Shown in pieces: positions 1-11,400 of a stretch of 64,000 nt of DNA. The position numbers were made by a program, and so were the translations under genes. The notes beneath the pieces were generated by a model. It saw nothing but the letters and a program-made list of their open reading frames with translations, was not told where the DNA came from and searched no databases. Position 1 is the first letter of the stretch; the number at the start of each line of letters is the position of its first letter. Origin of the DNA: Thraustochytrium aureum (lineage: Eukaryota); NCBI GenBank assembly GCA_012862495.1, contig BLSG01000337.1, positions 142,413 through 206,412 of the forward strand, written 5' to 3'.

Positions 1-8
1 CACGCATC

Positions 9-1295
9 ATGAAACCGCTCCTGCTCAAGGAAGGCAACTGGATCCAGTCGCAGTGGCCCGCGCCAACTCGCTACTTGCTGGGCAACGGCGCACTCACTGT
101 GCAGCAAGGCGAGGTGCACAAAAAGCAGCGCAAGTTTATGCACGACGCCGCGCTCGGCCAGGACGAGGTTGTCCGCCAGCTCGAGGTGTTTGCGCGCGCC
201 TCGGAGCGGCATCTCGCAAAGTGGATCCGGGCCTGCGAAGAGGCCCCCTTTGTGCAGGTCTACCCTTTGCTCAAGCACTACACGTTCGATATGGCCTGCG
301 AGGTCGTGCTGGGCGAGCCGCTTCAAGACCAAGTCGTGGAAAACCTCATGGTGCACTTCAAGAACTACATCGAGGGACTCTTTGCCGTGCCCATCCCGCT
401 CCCCGGGTTCGCCTTTTACAAAGCCATCCAAGGCAGAAAGGCGATCCAAACCGCGATCAAGGCCAAAGCCGACCAAATCAAGGCGCGCGTCAGTGCGGAG
501 ACAGAGGTGCCGGACGCGGACGCGCCCATGGGCATCTTGGAGCGGCTGATCAGGACCACGGACGAGGAGGGCAAGCCTGCTTTCGAGGACTCTGTTCTCC
601 TCGACCAGGCGCTCCTCTTGCTCTTCGCCGGCCACGACACGACAGCGACAACGACTACTGCGCTCATTATGCTCATCCCGTACAAGGCGGGTTTGATGGA
701 CCGCCTTCGCGACGAGCAGCGCGCTGTGGTAGCCGAGCACGGGACCGGGATGACCCCTGCGACACTGAAGGCTATGCNNNNNNNNNNNNNNNNNNNNNNN
801 NNNNNNNNNNNNNNNNNNNNNNNNNNNNCACTGAAGGCTATGCCTCTTCTCGACGCCACAATCAACGAGGCGCTGCGCACGGTGGTACCCATCTCGGGGA
901 CCTTTCGCATCACCAAGACAGATTTGCAGATCGGCAACTTCCGGGTGCCCAAGGGGTACCAGCTTTTGTTTTCGCTGACCGGATCGCACGCGCTCGACGA
1001 GAACGATATGGAAAAGCCCTGCTTGATGCGCTGGAAGGAGGACGTCTTGGACCGCTTCAACCCTGACGTCTGGGGCAACGGGACCAACCCGTTCCTGCTC
1101 ACCTTCAGCCATGGGACGCGACGGTGCCTCGGCTACAACTTTGCCCTTGCGGAGCTCAAAGTCAAGATGGCAACCTTGCTGCGCAGCTGTACGTGGTCGC
1201 TCATCGGCGGTACGGAGTTGCACGAGTGGGTCGTTTTCCCGGTGCCCAAGCCGAAGGACGGCCTGCACATCCACTTCGAGGCCAACCCGATCTAG
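9..1295 (+). CDS. Cytochrome P450, 5' end probably outside window; resembles CYP26/CYP120-type enzymes
   Basis: I-helix AGHDTT, K-helix EALR, heme motif FSHGTRRCLG, stop TAG at 1293-1295. The internal gap 778-828 looks spurious because its flanks repeat cactgaaggctatgc. Confidence 0.93.
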   Translation: MKPLLLKEGNWIQSQWPAPTRYLLGNGALTVQQGEVHKKQRKFMHDAALGQDEVVRQLEVFARASERHLAKWIRACEEAPFVQVYPLLKHYTFDMACEVVLGEPLQDQVVENLMVHFKNYIEGLFAVPIPLPGFAFYKAIQGRKAIQTAIKAKADQIKARVSAETEVPDADAPMGILERLIRTTDEEGKPAFEDSVLLDQALLLLFAGHDTTATTTTALIMLIPYKAGLMDRLRDEQRAVVAEHGTGMTPATLKAMXXXXXXXXXXXXXXXXXXLKAMPLLDATINEALRTVVPISGTFRITKTDLQIGNFRVPKGYQLLFSLTGSHALDENDMEKPCLMRWKEDVLDRFNPDVWGNGTNPFLLTFSHGTRRCLGYNFALAELKVKMATLLRSCTWSLIGGTELHEWVVFPVPKPKDGLHIHFEANPI

Positions 1296-2456
1296 CTCTA
1301 GCTAGAGAGCTAAGTACAGAGCCAGCAAGCTACTCTGCGCAGGCTGCGCAAGTAAAGCAGAAGATGAGTCACGTCGCTCGAGCCTTGGGCCTTGCCCGCG
1401 CCACCCTTGTCCACCACACGTCTCATGTCACCGTTGAGTAGCTTGGGTCGCGTTCATGATCTTGATGAATGNNNNNNNNNNNNNNNNNNNNNNNNNNNNN
1501 NNNNNNNNNNNNNNNNNNNNNNNNNNNNNNNNNNNNNNNNNNNNNNNNNNNNNNNNNNNNNNNNNNNNNNNNNNNNNNNNNNNNNNNNNNNNNNNNNNNN
1601 NNNNNNNNNNNNNNNNNNNNNNNNNNNNNNNNNNNNNNNNNNNNNNNNNNNNNNNNNNNNNNNNNNNNNNNNNNNNNNNNNNNNNNNNNNNNNNNNNNNN
1701 NNNNNNNNNNNNNNNNNNNNNNNNNNNNNNNNNNNNNNNNNNNNNNNNNNNNNNNNNNNNNNNNNNNNNNNNNNNNNNNNNNNNNNNNNNNNNNNNNNNN
1801 NNNNNNNNNNNNNNNNNNNNNNNNNNNNNNNNNNNNNNNNNNNNNNNNNNNNNNNNNNNNNNNNNNNNNNNNNNNNNNNNNNNNNNNNNNNNNNNNNNNN
1901 NNNNNNNNNNNNNNNNNNNNNNNNNNNNNNNNNNNNNNNNNNNNNNNNNNNNNNNNNNNNNNNNNNNNNNNNNNNNNNNNNNNNNNNNNNNNNNNNNNNN
2001 NNNNNNNNNNNNNNNNNNNNNNNNNNNNNNNNNNNNNNNNNNNNNNNNNNNNNNNNNNNNNNNNNNNNNNNNNNNNNNNNNNNNNNNNNNNNNNNNNNNN
2101 NNNNNNNNNNNNNNNNNNNNNNNNNNNNNNNNNNNNNNNNNNNNNNNNNNNNNNNNNNNNNNNNNNNNNNNNNNNNNNNNNNNNNNNNNNNNNNNNNNNN
2201 NNNNNNNNNNNNNNNNNNNNNNNNNNNNNNNNNNNNNNNNNNNNNNNNNNNNNNNNNNNNNNNNNNNNNNNNNNNNNNNNNNNNNNNNNNNNNNNNNNNN
2301 NNNNNNNNNNNNNNNNNNNNNNNNNNNNNNNNNNNNNNNNNNNNNNNNNNNNNNNNNNNNNNNNNNNNNNNNNNNNNNNNNNNNNNNNNNNNNNNNNNNN
2401 NNNNNNNNNNNNNNNNNNNNNNNNNNNNNNNNNNNNNNNNNNNNNNNNNNNNNNNN

Positions 2457-2845
2457 CACTTTACGTTTTTGTTCTTCTACTACCTGTGTGCGTTTTGGGC
2501 CCTCGCCACGGGCGTCGTCTACGCCATCGTGTGCCGCGCGTTGGCAAGTAGTGACGACTTTGACGGATCGTTTCCGGCGGGCGTCGAGATATCGGCCCTC
2601 GCGCTGCAGGTCCTCTTCGCGGCCATCGCCGTCGTGTCCATGATCATTACGTGCTCGCGTATTTTGGCTGCCTGGGCGCGGCATCGCCGCTCATTTTCCG
2701 CTATTGTTGCTGCATGCCGCTTGGGCATTCCGGCGTCAACATGCTCGAGTCCTCTTTGCGCCGGGAACCGCTCTGCTGCCCTTGGGCCCCGTGCGCACGC
2801 CTTTTTACCGTCCCGGTCCGCGAATTCTACCCCGACGTCGCATAG
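2457..2845 (+). CDS. C-terminal part of a multi-pass membrane protein with a Cys-rich tail; 5' part in gap; probable 1-nt deletion near 2648
   Basis: Two hydrophobic segments (FTFLFFYYLCAFWALATGVVYAIV; ALALQVLFAAIAVVSMII). Restoring a T in atcattac continues the frame as YVLAYFGCLG...RYCCCM...LCCPW...DVA*. Confidence 0.55.
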
Positions 2846-2920
2846 TAGCACCAAGCAAACAAGCCCTTCAAGCTGCCTTGCGCGGCCCTTGCGATCGCGA
2901 TCTACGCGTGCGATACCTTT

Positions 2921-3958
2921 TTACTGTTCGCGCGACGCATGATCGGAGCGAGAGACCGCTTCCAGGAGGACGCCAAGCAGCGCCTCAAAGGCCCCGCGCT
3001 CAAACTCGACCATAGACTTGAGTCGCTCAAAGTCGGCCAGAGTAAACGCTTTGTACGCGTCCTCGTGGAATACGACAAGCTCTCCAAGGAGCTCGAGGCT
3101 CGCGGGCTCCACCGCAGCGTCAGGGCGAGGAAAGGCCTTGACGCGCCGCGGGACAACAGCGATGCGCAGCGCTGCGTCTCCGCGCTCTAGGCTAACAAAA
3201 TTGTGCGCCAAGTCCCGCTCGGCCAGCTCCCGCAAAACGCTGTGAACCGCAGCGCTCATCTGGTCAACCTGACCCGCCTCGTGCAGCTCGAAGCAGAGGC
3301 AACGCATCGACGGGTGCTCCGCCACTTGGGCGCTCTCGTGTTCGCCCATGCACACCAACACGCGGCCCCATCGTACCTCCAAGGGAACGGGCTCGAACTT
3401 GGCGCCGTTGAGGTAAAGTGGGAGACCTCGCGGCGGCGGCAACAGTTGAACATGAAGATGGTTTACGCTCGCGAACGCCCCAAACGTGCTGAAAAGCAGC
3501 AACCAGCCGCCCTGCGCCAGCCCCGCGTTGAGGAAAAACGTCAATAGGTCGCCAAGATACTCGCTAGAGGCCTCACCCGTGAAGGCCTGCGAAATCTCCC
3601 CCTTTGCTGCGAGAATAAAGTGCATGGCCTGGATGGGAAACACGTTGACGACCACTTGGAAATGGCGCCCAGGGGCGGCCCAGGCCACCTCTTCGCTGCG
3701 GACCTTGCCAAAGTGGAACGCCTCGGGGTCAAAGTCCATGATCACGTGCCGGTCCGGCGCAGGAGCAGCGGCGCGTTTCCGCGTCTTCCGCCGCGCGTTG
3801 AAGACGAGCAAAAGCTGCGCGCTACCGTCAGCCACCTCGATGCTCCGTGTCTCGCATTCGTCCAGAAACGCGCTGAGCTCCCCAGCGAGCGGGCCGCGCA
3901 CCCAATACGCGGCGAGGGCGTCCAACGCGTTCGCTTCGTTCAGGTCGCCCATGCTCAT
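2921..3958 (-). CDS. GDP-hexose phosphorylase, HIT superfamily (VTC2 GDP-L-galactose phosphorylase / GDPGP1-like)
   Basis: Motifs in the family order: FNARRKTRKR, FDPEAFHFGKV, VVNVFPIQAMH, GAFASVNHLHVQ, PASLELLGELVV. Frame stays open upstream to the gap at 3973. Confidence 0.85.
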   Translation of the reverse strand: MSMGDLNEANALDALAAYWVRGPLAGELSAFLDECETRSIEVADGSAQLLLVFNARRKTRKRAAAPAPDRHVIMDFDPEAFHFGKVRSEEVAWAAPGRHFQVVVNVFPIQAMHFILAAKGEISQAFTGEASSEYLGDLLTFFLNAGLAQGGWLLLFSTFGAFASVNHLHVQLLPPPRGLPLYLNGAKFEPVPLEVRWGRVLVCMGEHESAQVAEHPSMRCLCFELHEAGQVDQMSAAVHSVLRELAERDLAHNFVSLERGDAALRIAVVPRRVKAFPRPDAAVEPASLELLGELVVFHEDAYKAFTLADFERLKSMVEFERGAFEALLGVLLEAVSRSDHASREQ

Positions 3959-4136
3959 GCAGGGGTCACGGCGNNNNNNNNNNNNNNNNNNNNNNNNNNN
4001 NNNNNNNNNNNNNNNNNNNNNNNNNNNNNNNNNNNNNNNNNNNNNNNNNNNNNNNNNNNNNNNNNNNNNNNNNNNNNNNNNNNNNNNNNNNNNNNNNNNN
4101 NNNNNNNNNNNNNNNNNNNNNNNNNNNNNNNNNNNN

Positions 4137-5999
4137 ACTCACGCTGTGCGGCGAGAGCGACAACTTGCTCGGCGCCGCGGCGCCCTCGCTGCTGGCTTCG
4201 CCTTCCTTGACCTCAACGTCGACCGAAGAAGACCTCGGCGTGAACGGGCTCGGCTCCTCGCGGAGCTGACTCGGGACCACCAGCGTCTTGCGCGACGAAA
4301 CGACGCGGCTCGGCGACCAATCGTACATGGTGGTGGCAGTGACGCGCTCCTCGACAAGCAGGTTGACCGAGACGCGCTGCGACTTGGCGTCAAACGGCCG
4401 GAGTCCAAACCCGGTAAACGTCGGCCTGAAGTCATACTCGGGGGCAACTTGGAACGTGTACTTGCTGAAGAGCACGGCCAAGGCAGCCACGCTCTCAAGC
4501 TTGGCAAAGTATTTCCCAAGGCACTCGCGCGGGCCGTGCGAGAACGGAATATACGCGCCCGGCGGATGAGGGGCCGTCTTGCCGAGCCACCGGTCTGGGT
4601 TGAAGGTAGCCGCATCAGAGCCCCACGAGGCAGGGTCCGTGTGCAGGTAGATTGCGGGGATCCAGATGGGCGTCCCCGCTGGCACCGTGAGCCCTTCTGC
4701 AAGGGGCGTGGGCGTCGTTGTCGACCGGTAAACAAGCGGTGCAGGCGGGACGAGCCGAAGGCTCTCGGAGAAGACCGCTGTGCAGAGCGGGAGCCGCTCC
4801 ACATCGATCGACGACCCCGGGCGCAGCGCGCTCATCGCATTGTCTGCCTCCTCCTGAAGGCGGCGCTGCAGCTCGGGTGATTCCGCCACAAAGTACAACG
4901 CTACAGCCATCACGGCCACGCTCGTATTGTACCCAGCGAAGAAAATCTCCACCAAATTGTCCCCGAGCGCGGCGATGAGGTCCTCGGCGTCGTCGGGGCG
5001 CAGCTGCGTTTCTGTCTCGTAGCTCTTGATCATGCACTCGAGCATGTCGTTGCGCTGAGGCGCGCCAGAAGCGCGCGCCTTGAGCCGGGCCTCGACGACG
5101 CCGGTGACGACGTTGCGCACTGCGTCAGCGTGCTTGCGCCACTCCTTGTTGTCCGCGTTCGGCGTCGTGTAGTCCTCGCGCACCGCGGCGTCCGTCGAGT
5201 AGGCGCGCCGAGGCAGTTCACGCAAAAGGTACTCGAAAGACTCGGTAATCGCGTTCGGCCCCTCGTGCACGCGCGAGATGCACCCCATATCGTAGTTGTA
5301 GGCTGCCCGCCCGATCGCTGACAGGTGGTACATGGACAGAACAAAGTGTAGGTCCACGGGACGGCCCGTTCCGGCACTCTGGCTTAGGCGGTTCCCAAGC
5401 TCGACGGCCACGGCAGTCACATCTGCTGACATGATGGGGAGGCTTTGCGGAAGAAAAGAGTGCCGCATTAGGTTGCGCAGTTGCCGCCACTCCTTGCCCT
5501 CGAGGATGAACAAGACCTTTTCGCCAAAGTACGCCGCCGAGGCCGCCTTCATGCCGCCCAGGTCGTGGGCGACGTGCAGTGCGAGGCACTTTCGGACGTG
5601 CTCGGGCTTGGTCAGGAGAACCATGTTGGTCCCAAAGTTGGCAAAGTATCCGCAGCCGTGCTCGGTCGCCGCGGCGCTCTTCGCAAGTTGCATCAAGCCG
5701 CCGATGTAGTCTGCAAACAAGACGCTCCCGTCGCCGATGCACTCCAGCCCGGCGCGGCGCATCGGCTCGTTCGCCTTCCGCTCCTCCTCCTCCTTGGCCT
5801 TAATCGTCGCCGGCTTGATCGGCTCGCTCTGGCTCGCCAGGTCCGCCTGCGGCTGCATCTCCGGCGTCCCGCGAGCTGCAGCTTGATCTTTCGCTTCTGC
5901 AGAGTCTTGGAACAGCCACAACATGACCGTCGTCACAGCCGCGGCTCCAGCGACCGTCAGGGCCACATTTCCGGCCCGCCTCACGTCCTGGCCGCCCAT
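4137..5999 (-). CDS. Cytochrome P450 with N-terminal membrane anchor and low-complexity C-terminal extension; no stop before the gap
   Basis: TM segment VALTVAGAAAVTTVMLWLF, I-helix AGYNTS, K-helix ESLR, FNPDRW, heme motif FSHGPRECLG. First ATG at 5999. Confidence 0.92.
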
Positions 6000-6487
6000 C
6001 CTCGATGCACGTCTCCACGCCGCCGGGTGCCTCAAGTCCTGCCTCGAACCGGCATTGGCCTCATCGTCGACATCATGATCTTGAAATCAATCAATCAGTC
6101 TCATCAACATTGTTGCATGGCTTCCTGCAATCCCTCATTGTCCTATCGTCTCGTCGCTTCCATTCAGCGAAACGCTGCTCCAAGGGTGCGCGCAGCCGCT
6201 GTGCGGAACGCGCAGACCTGCAGTGCACACGTGCGGAGAGAGTAGGGCGGAACGCGGTGCGCACTTTGGATGACTCGGCGCCTTGTTGGTGGTCGTGTCG
6301 CGCGAGGTGGGCTCGCGGACGCCAGCAATGCGGCAGCCGGCCGGCGCGAGAGGCTTTGGCTCGCGTGGGTAGGGGAGCTGGACGAGCTTTGCTCGAGCGG
6401 CTTGGCGGTCGTGTCAGCGAGGCTTTCGCGGTGCGAGGAGGCCCGGCCGCTGCTCGAATCCTTCCGTGCTCGAGCTCTCCAGCAAAC

Positions 6488-6488
6488 C

Positions 6489-6538
<50 letters not shown>
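6488..6538. repeat. (CAA)n microsatellite, about 17 units, in the probable 5' leader of DPH7
   Basis: Directly visible. Confidence 0.95.
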
Positions 6539-6560
6539 AACAACACTCGAAGCGGCCGCG

Positions 6561-7848
6561 ATGGAGCCGTCGGGCGAAACGGTCGATGCCGGTCGGGTCG
6601 ACGGCGGCATGCGTCTGCTCAGCGAGCGTGCAAGCGGCCTCACGGCGGACTGTGCGGAGACGATGCCAAGGTGGCACTGCGAGGCTGGCCTGGACGCCGC
6701 CGCGCTGCTCGTGGAAGGCGCCGAGAGTGACGAACAGGGGCCGAGCGCTCACGGGGAGCTGGTGGCGTTTGCGGCGTACGAGCTGGATGAGGCGAGCGGG
6801 GAGCGCGTCGGCAAGGTCGAGTTTTGTGCCGTGGCCGACGACGGCTCGGTCAGCTCGCTGCTTGAGGAACCCGCGAGCGGCGTCTTTGACATCAAGTGGA
6901 GCTCGGGAGCGGCAGAAACGGGGCCTTGGCTCGCAAGCGCAAACGCCAACGGGTCCTGTCGCATCCGCCCAGGGCTCGCCAGGAACCAAGAATACCTCAG
7001 CCTCAACCTCTGCGGGGAGGAAAACGCGTTTTGCCTCTCCCTCGACTGGAGCGATTCAGCAACCCGCTCCCTTGCAGGCTCTCGAATCGTGGTTAGCCGA
7101 TCTGATGGCCGCGTCTCCTGCGTCTCCGTGTCGAGCGCCGAGTTGGAACTGGCCGAGGAGTGGGTTGCACACGAATACCCTGGCGGCTCCCCCGCGGAGG
7201 TGTGGATTGCTGCTTTTGACCGCTTCGAGCCCTTTACCGTGGCGACGGGCGCAGACGACACCAAGCTCAAGCTCTGGGACCTCCGCCTAGGCACGGCCCA
7301 GCCCACAGCGACTTGCCTCTCGCACGAGGCTGGAGTGTGCCTCCCTGCAGTTCTCGCCGCACCGGGAGCACTCGTTCGCCTCAGGGAGCTACGATCACAA
7401 GGTTCGTCTTTGGGACCGGCGCAAAATGCGCTCCCCGGTTGCCGAGCCCTTCGACACGCAGGGGGGCGTTTGGAGGCTCAAGTTCCACCCGAGCCAGCCA
7501 GACCTCCTGCTAGCTGCCTGCATGCGCGCAGGGTTTCAGGTTTTGGACTGCTCCAAGCTGTCAGCGTCGCCTAGCGACCAGGCTCGAGTTGCGATGTGGA
7601 GCGCTGGCTTTGCTCCGGGTAGCTGGGAGGCTTTGGCGTACGGTGTGGATTGGATCGTGCGCGGCGACAGTGCCAACCAGATAGCAGGGGCTTCATTCTA
7701 CGACCGTACCCTGCGCGTGTTCGACGCGGGGGCTCTGGTCGACGCGCGCGTTCGGGCCCATCGCAGTGGGCTCGGAGTTGTGCAAGGTAGTAGTGAATCC
7801 GGCTCTGCGGCTGCTGCGCAGCAGGCAGCGCCGCCCCCTGGCGCTTGA
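6561..7848 (+). CDS. DPH7: Diphthamide biosynthesis protein 7 (WDR85), WD40; 1-nt insertion near 7341
   Basis: TADCAE, YELDE...RVG, SGVFDIKW, CLSLDW, AEVWIAAFD, TGADDTKLKLWDLR. After correction: HEAGVCSLQ...ASGSYDHKVRLWDRRKMRSP, GGVWRLKFHP, LAACM, LAYGVDW, SFYD. Confidence 0.88.
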
Positions 7849-8252
7849 CGCTCCCGAACTCCGCGGTCTCGGGCACTTGGCTATACAACCTATAGACGTT
7901 ATAGCAAAGCCGTCATGCTCAACCACGCTCGTCAACCTTCGACATTCGTTTCGAAGCTGGGCTGCTCGCTCGATTCGCCTACCGTGACAAACCATGCGGA
8001 ATTGATAATTGCGGGCTAGATTCTGATTGCGGACCTTCCGGCGGTTTTCTCGACGCAACCGCCGCCTGTGGCGCGTCACGAAATGTACCCTTAGTAACGG
8101 GAGATTGCTGTGAGAGCGTCGTCACATGGGACGCCTCTGTGTCGAGGCCTGGCCGCGTCGCCATGGTGGGCCAGCGGCGGCCCACAAAGTCTCGACAACG
8201 GCCAGCAATCGCACAGTGCCACAACCTCCATCACGCACAGGAGCGCAGGGAT

Positions 8253-8253
<1 letters not shown>

Positions 8254-8292
<39 letters not shown>

Positions 8293-8314
8293 CCAACAGC
8301 AGCAGCGCCAGCAG
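8254..8314. repeat. (GCA)n microsatellite upstream of ASPM
   Basis: Directly visible, imperfect at its 3' end. Confidence 0.9.
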
Positions 8315-8469
8315 CGCTGGACATCGGCAAAGCAGACCGCCCGCTCGCTGGGCTCCTGCGAGCCTGCAGGTCACGCGGTGAGCGCCGCGCGTGCTTGGCG
8401 TTGGAGGTGTCGCACGAACGAACGTAGTTGGCACAGGTGTGTCGGTCGAGGCGAACGCGACGGGCACCG

Positions 8470-11400
8470 ATGATGAAGGGCGGCACAGCGTTTGATATCG
8501 ACTGGGCTGGCGCAAAGGAGACCCCCGCAAGCCCGAGCGTCGAGGACGAGCGCAAGGCGCCAGAGCCAAGAGCAGCCTCTGACTTGCCAACTTTGCAGGT
8601 CTACCTCCAGGACTTTCAGAGCCAGGGCCTGCTGGACTTTGGCTCGGTGACACCGCTCAGCGAGAACACAGAGGCACATGCGTACGTGGGCGAGCTCGAG
8701 TTGGTGAACCGCGACGGCGCGCACGACGTTTCTGTCTCCCTGGAGCGGTTCACCAACAAGCACGGATTCTCAATTGAGGACAGCGAGACAATCTGGAACG
8801 TCCCCGCGGGCGGATCGTGTCGCGTGCGCATCTGCTGGCAGCCGCGAGAGGCTGGAGGGGTGCGCCAGGCGCTCACACTGAGCTTCTTGAACCCGAATCG
8901 TCGACGAGTTCGCGTTGGCGCGTTTCTGTGTGGCGTGGCCAAGGAGCCCGAAACCCGGCGCAAGCCAGGCCCTTCGCGCACAGCGCGAGCCACGCCGCCC
9001 TCGCGAGCTGTGCCGCGCTCGGCGGCCACGACTATCGATCTGCAGCAGCGCGGGTCTCCTGCCGACTTGAGCGCGAGAGCCGCTGCCCTTGCGCGCTCCA
9101 AGCGTCTGGCAGCAGGGTCGGAGAACGCCGTTGTGCGGGACGTGCGGGACGAGCCGTCAGCAGTCGCGCCTCTTCGCGAAAGAGCGCCTAACGCGCAAGT
9201 GCCGCGCACTGTGCAAGGCAAAAAACCTGCTCCACAAGCGTCGGTCCTCGAGGTGCATGAGCCAGCGCAGGCCAGCAAGACGACAGCGTATCCGCGGCCC
9301 GTGCAAAAGGCCGCCGCGCCTCGCACGCTCCAGCTGCGCCGCGCAGAAGGCGCGAAAGACCGCGAGGAGGCCCTACAAAAGGCCCAGCGCAAGGACCTGA
9401 AGATGAGGCGCGTGCTGTTCGATGACAAATGGATGGAAAAGCAGGAACGCGGCTTTGCTGCATGGCTCAATTTTGTGATGAACCCGGACACCGAAGACGA
9501 CGCCGCCGACCAGAACGCCGAAGCGACCGTGTCGGCCAACCCTTTCGCCGAACTCGCGCGCAAGCAGCGGGACGCCTCCGTGCAGCGAATTGCCTACACG
9601 ATCTACCACTCGAACGAGATGGAAAATATCGCCTTTCAAGTCGACCGCGAGATCGCCAGCGGCGGCCTCGCGATCCGTACCGACAAGGACCTGTTCAAGG
9701 ACCTCGGTCTCCGCAAGCTCGTCCTGGACCTGCTTCAGCGGTACAACCAGCCTTGGCTCCGCCTAGGCCTTGCGACGGTACTAGGGCAGCAAGTGCCGAG
9801 GTCCCGGCGCGCTGTCAAGCGTTTCGCCACGACTTATTTTCTCGGCGACCCGGAGCTGGACGAAACCTTTCGCGACTCGAAGAAAGGTCTGTTCGACGAA
9901 AACCCAGAGTACAAGAGCGAGCTCCGGCGCCGCACGCTCCGGCGCTTCCTCATGCTCGTCCTCTTCCTGGACCGCGCCAAGAAGGCGTCCGTTATCGACA
10001 GCCCAAGTTGCCTTTTCTGCACCACCTCGCCGATCAAGGCTTCCGCAGAGATGGTGATCGCCTTCACAAAGGAGTTTCTGTCCGGAGAGGGCAACGTGAT
10101 ACGCCACCTTCAGCACGCATGCGGGTATGCAGTCGCGCACAAGCAGACAGTGCTTGACGAGTTTGATTTCACAGTCAGCAACCTCGCCACCGACTTGCGC
10201 GACGGCCTCCGCCTCACTCGGGCGGTTGAGCTCCTCACCGCAAACAAGGACCGCACGCTCTCGCAGCTCCTTCGCGTCCCTGCCGTCTCGCGGCTCCAAA
10301 AGCTGCACAACGTTGGCGTGGCCCTGAAGGAGCTCGAGGAGCACGGCATCGACTTGGGCGCCCCGCCGGCTCCAGACCGGTCCTTTTCCAGCTCGCGGAC
10401 AACGTCTGCCCCAGACGTGATCTCCAGCAAAGACGTGGTCGATGGACATCGCCGTAAGACCCTCGCCCTCCTCTGGAAAATGATTGCCAAGTGGAAGCTT
10501 TCGGTGATCATGCCCGTGGGCCTGATCCGCGACGAGACGCGCCGCGTCAAGGCGCGCCACGGCCACACCGCCAAGGCTATCATGAAAAAGTCTCTCGAGC
10601 AGGCCCGCCAGCAGCGCGTCGAGCGCGCCACGCCGGAGGATGGCGTGGTCTTTTCGGATGACGTTGCAGACCTTCTCTTGGAGTGGTGCCAAGCAGTATG
10701 CGCCCACCACGGAGTGCGAATCAGCAACCTCACGACATCGATGGCGTCGGGGCGTGCTCTCTGTCTTCTTATCCACCACTATCACCCGCGCTTGCTGGAG
10801 CGAGAGGCGATCAACGAGACGGTCGTTGACGTCGCTTTGCGCGAGAGCCCTGGCTGCGCCGATGCCGACATTGACTGGATCCCCTTCGAGGTTCAACACC
10901 TGTCCCGCGCGCAGTTTCGCAAAGCGCTCGTTGGCGAGCAGGCCAACTTTCGCCTTGTCAATGACTGTGCCGGCGCACTAGGCTGCGTGCCAGTGCTCTT
11001 GCCGAGCTTTGACAGTGAGAACGTGCCGGAAGAGAAGCTCGTTCTCCTGTTTATGGCGTACCTCTGCTCACGCTTGCTGGCTTCCCGCGACGAGATTGCG
11101 GCGGCGATCAAGATCCAGCGTCTTTGGCTCCAAAAGCGGCGCGGAGAACGATTCAAGGAACTTGGCAAGCGTGCTGAAGGCCTCTCGGTCAAGCTCCAAG
11201 CGCTTGCGCGCGGACATCGCGCCCGAGTCGATTTTGCGCGGGCTCGGCGCGCGGTCGTCAAAGTCCAGTCCCTATTTCGGGCCCGTGTCACGCAAGACGT
11301 GTTCTTGGCGTGCCTGCACATGATCACGGTTGTGCAGAGCGTCGTTCGTCGCCACCAAGTTGGGCTGCGAATCTTGCGCCTGAAGCAGCGCTCTCTGGCG

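Noticed and set aside
763..845. Direct repeat cactgaaggctatgc on both sides of a gap
   Set aside because: Unmerged contig overlap; collapsing it gives the normal P450 sequence TLKAMPLLDATINEALR.
1392..2456. Long ORFs spanning N-runs, here and at other gaps
   Set aside because: Artefacts of translating N as X.
6270..6560. Poly-Asn N-terminal extension of DPH7
   Set aside because: It depends on a TTG start and reads through a (CAA)n microsatellite; the first in-frame ATG is at 6561.
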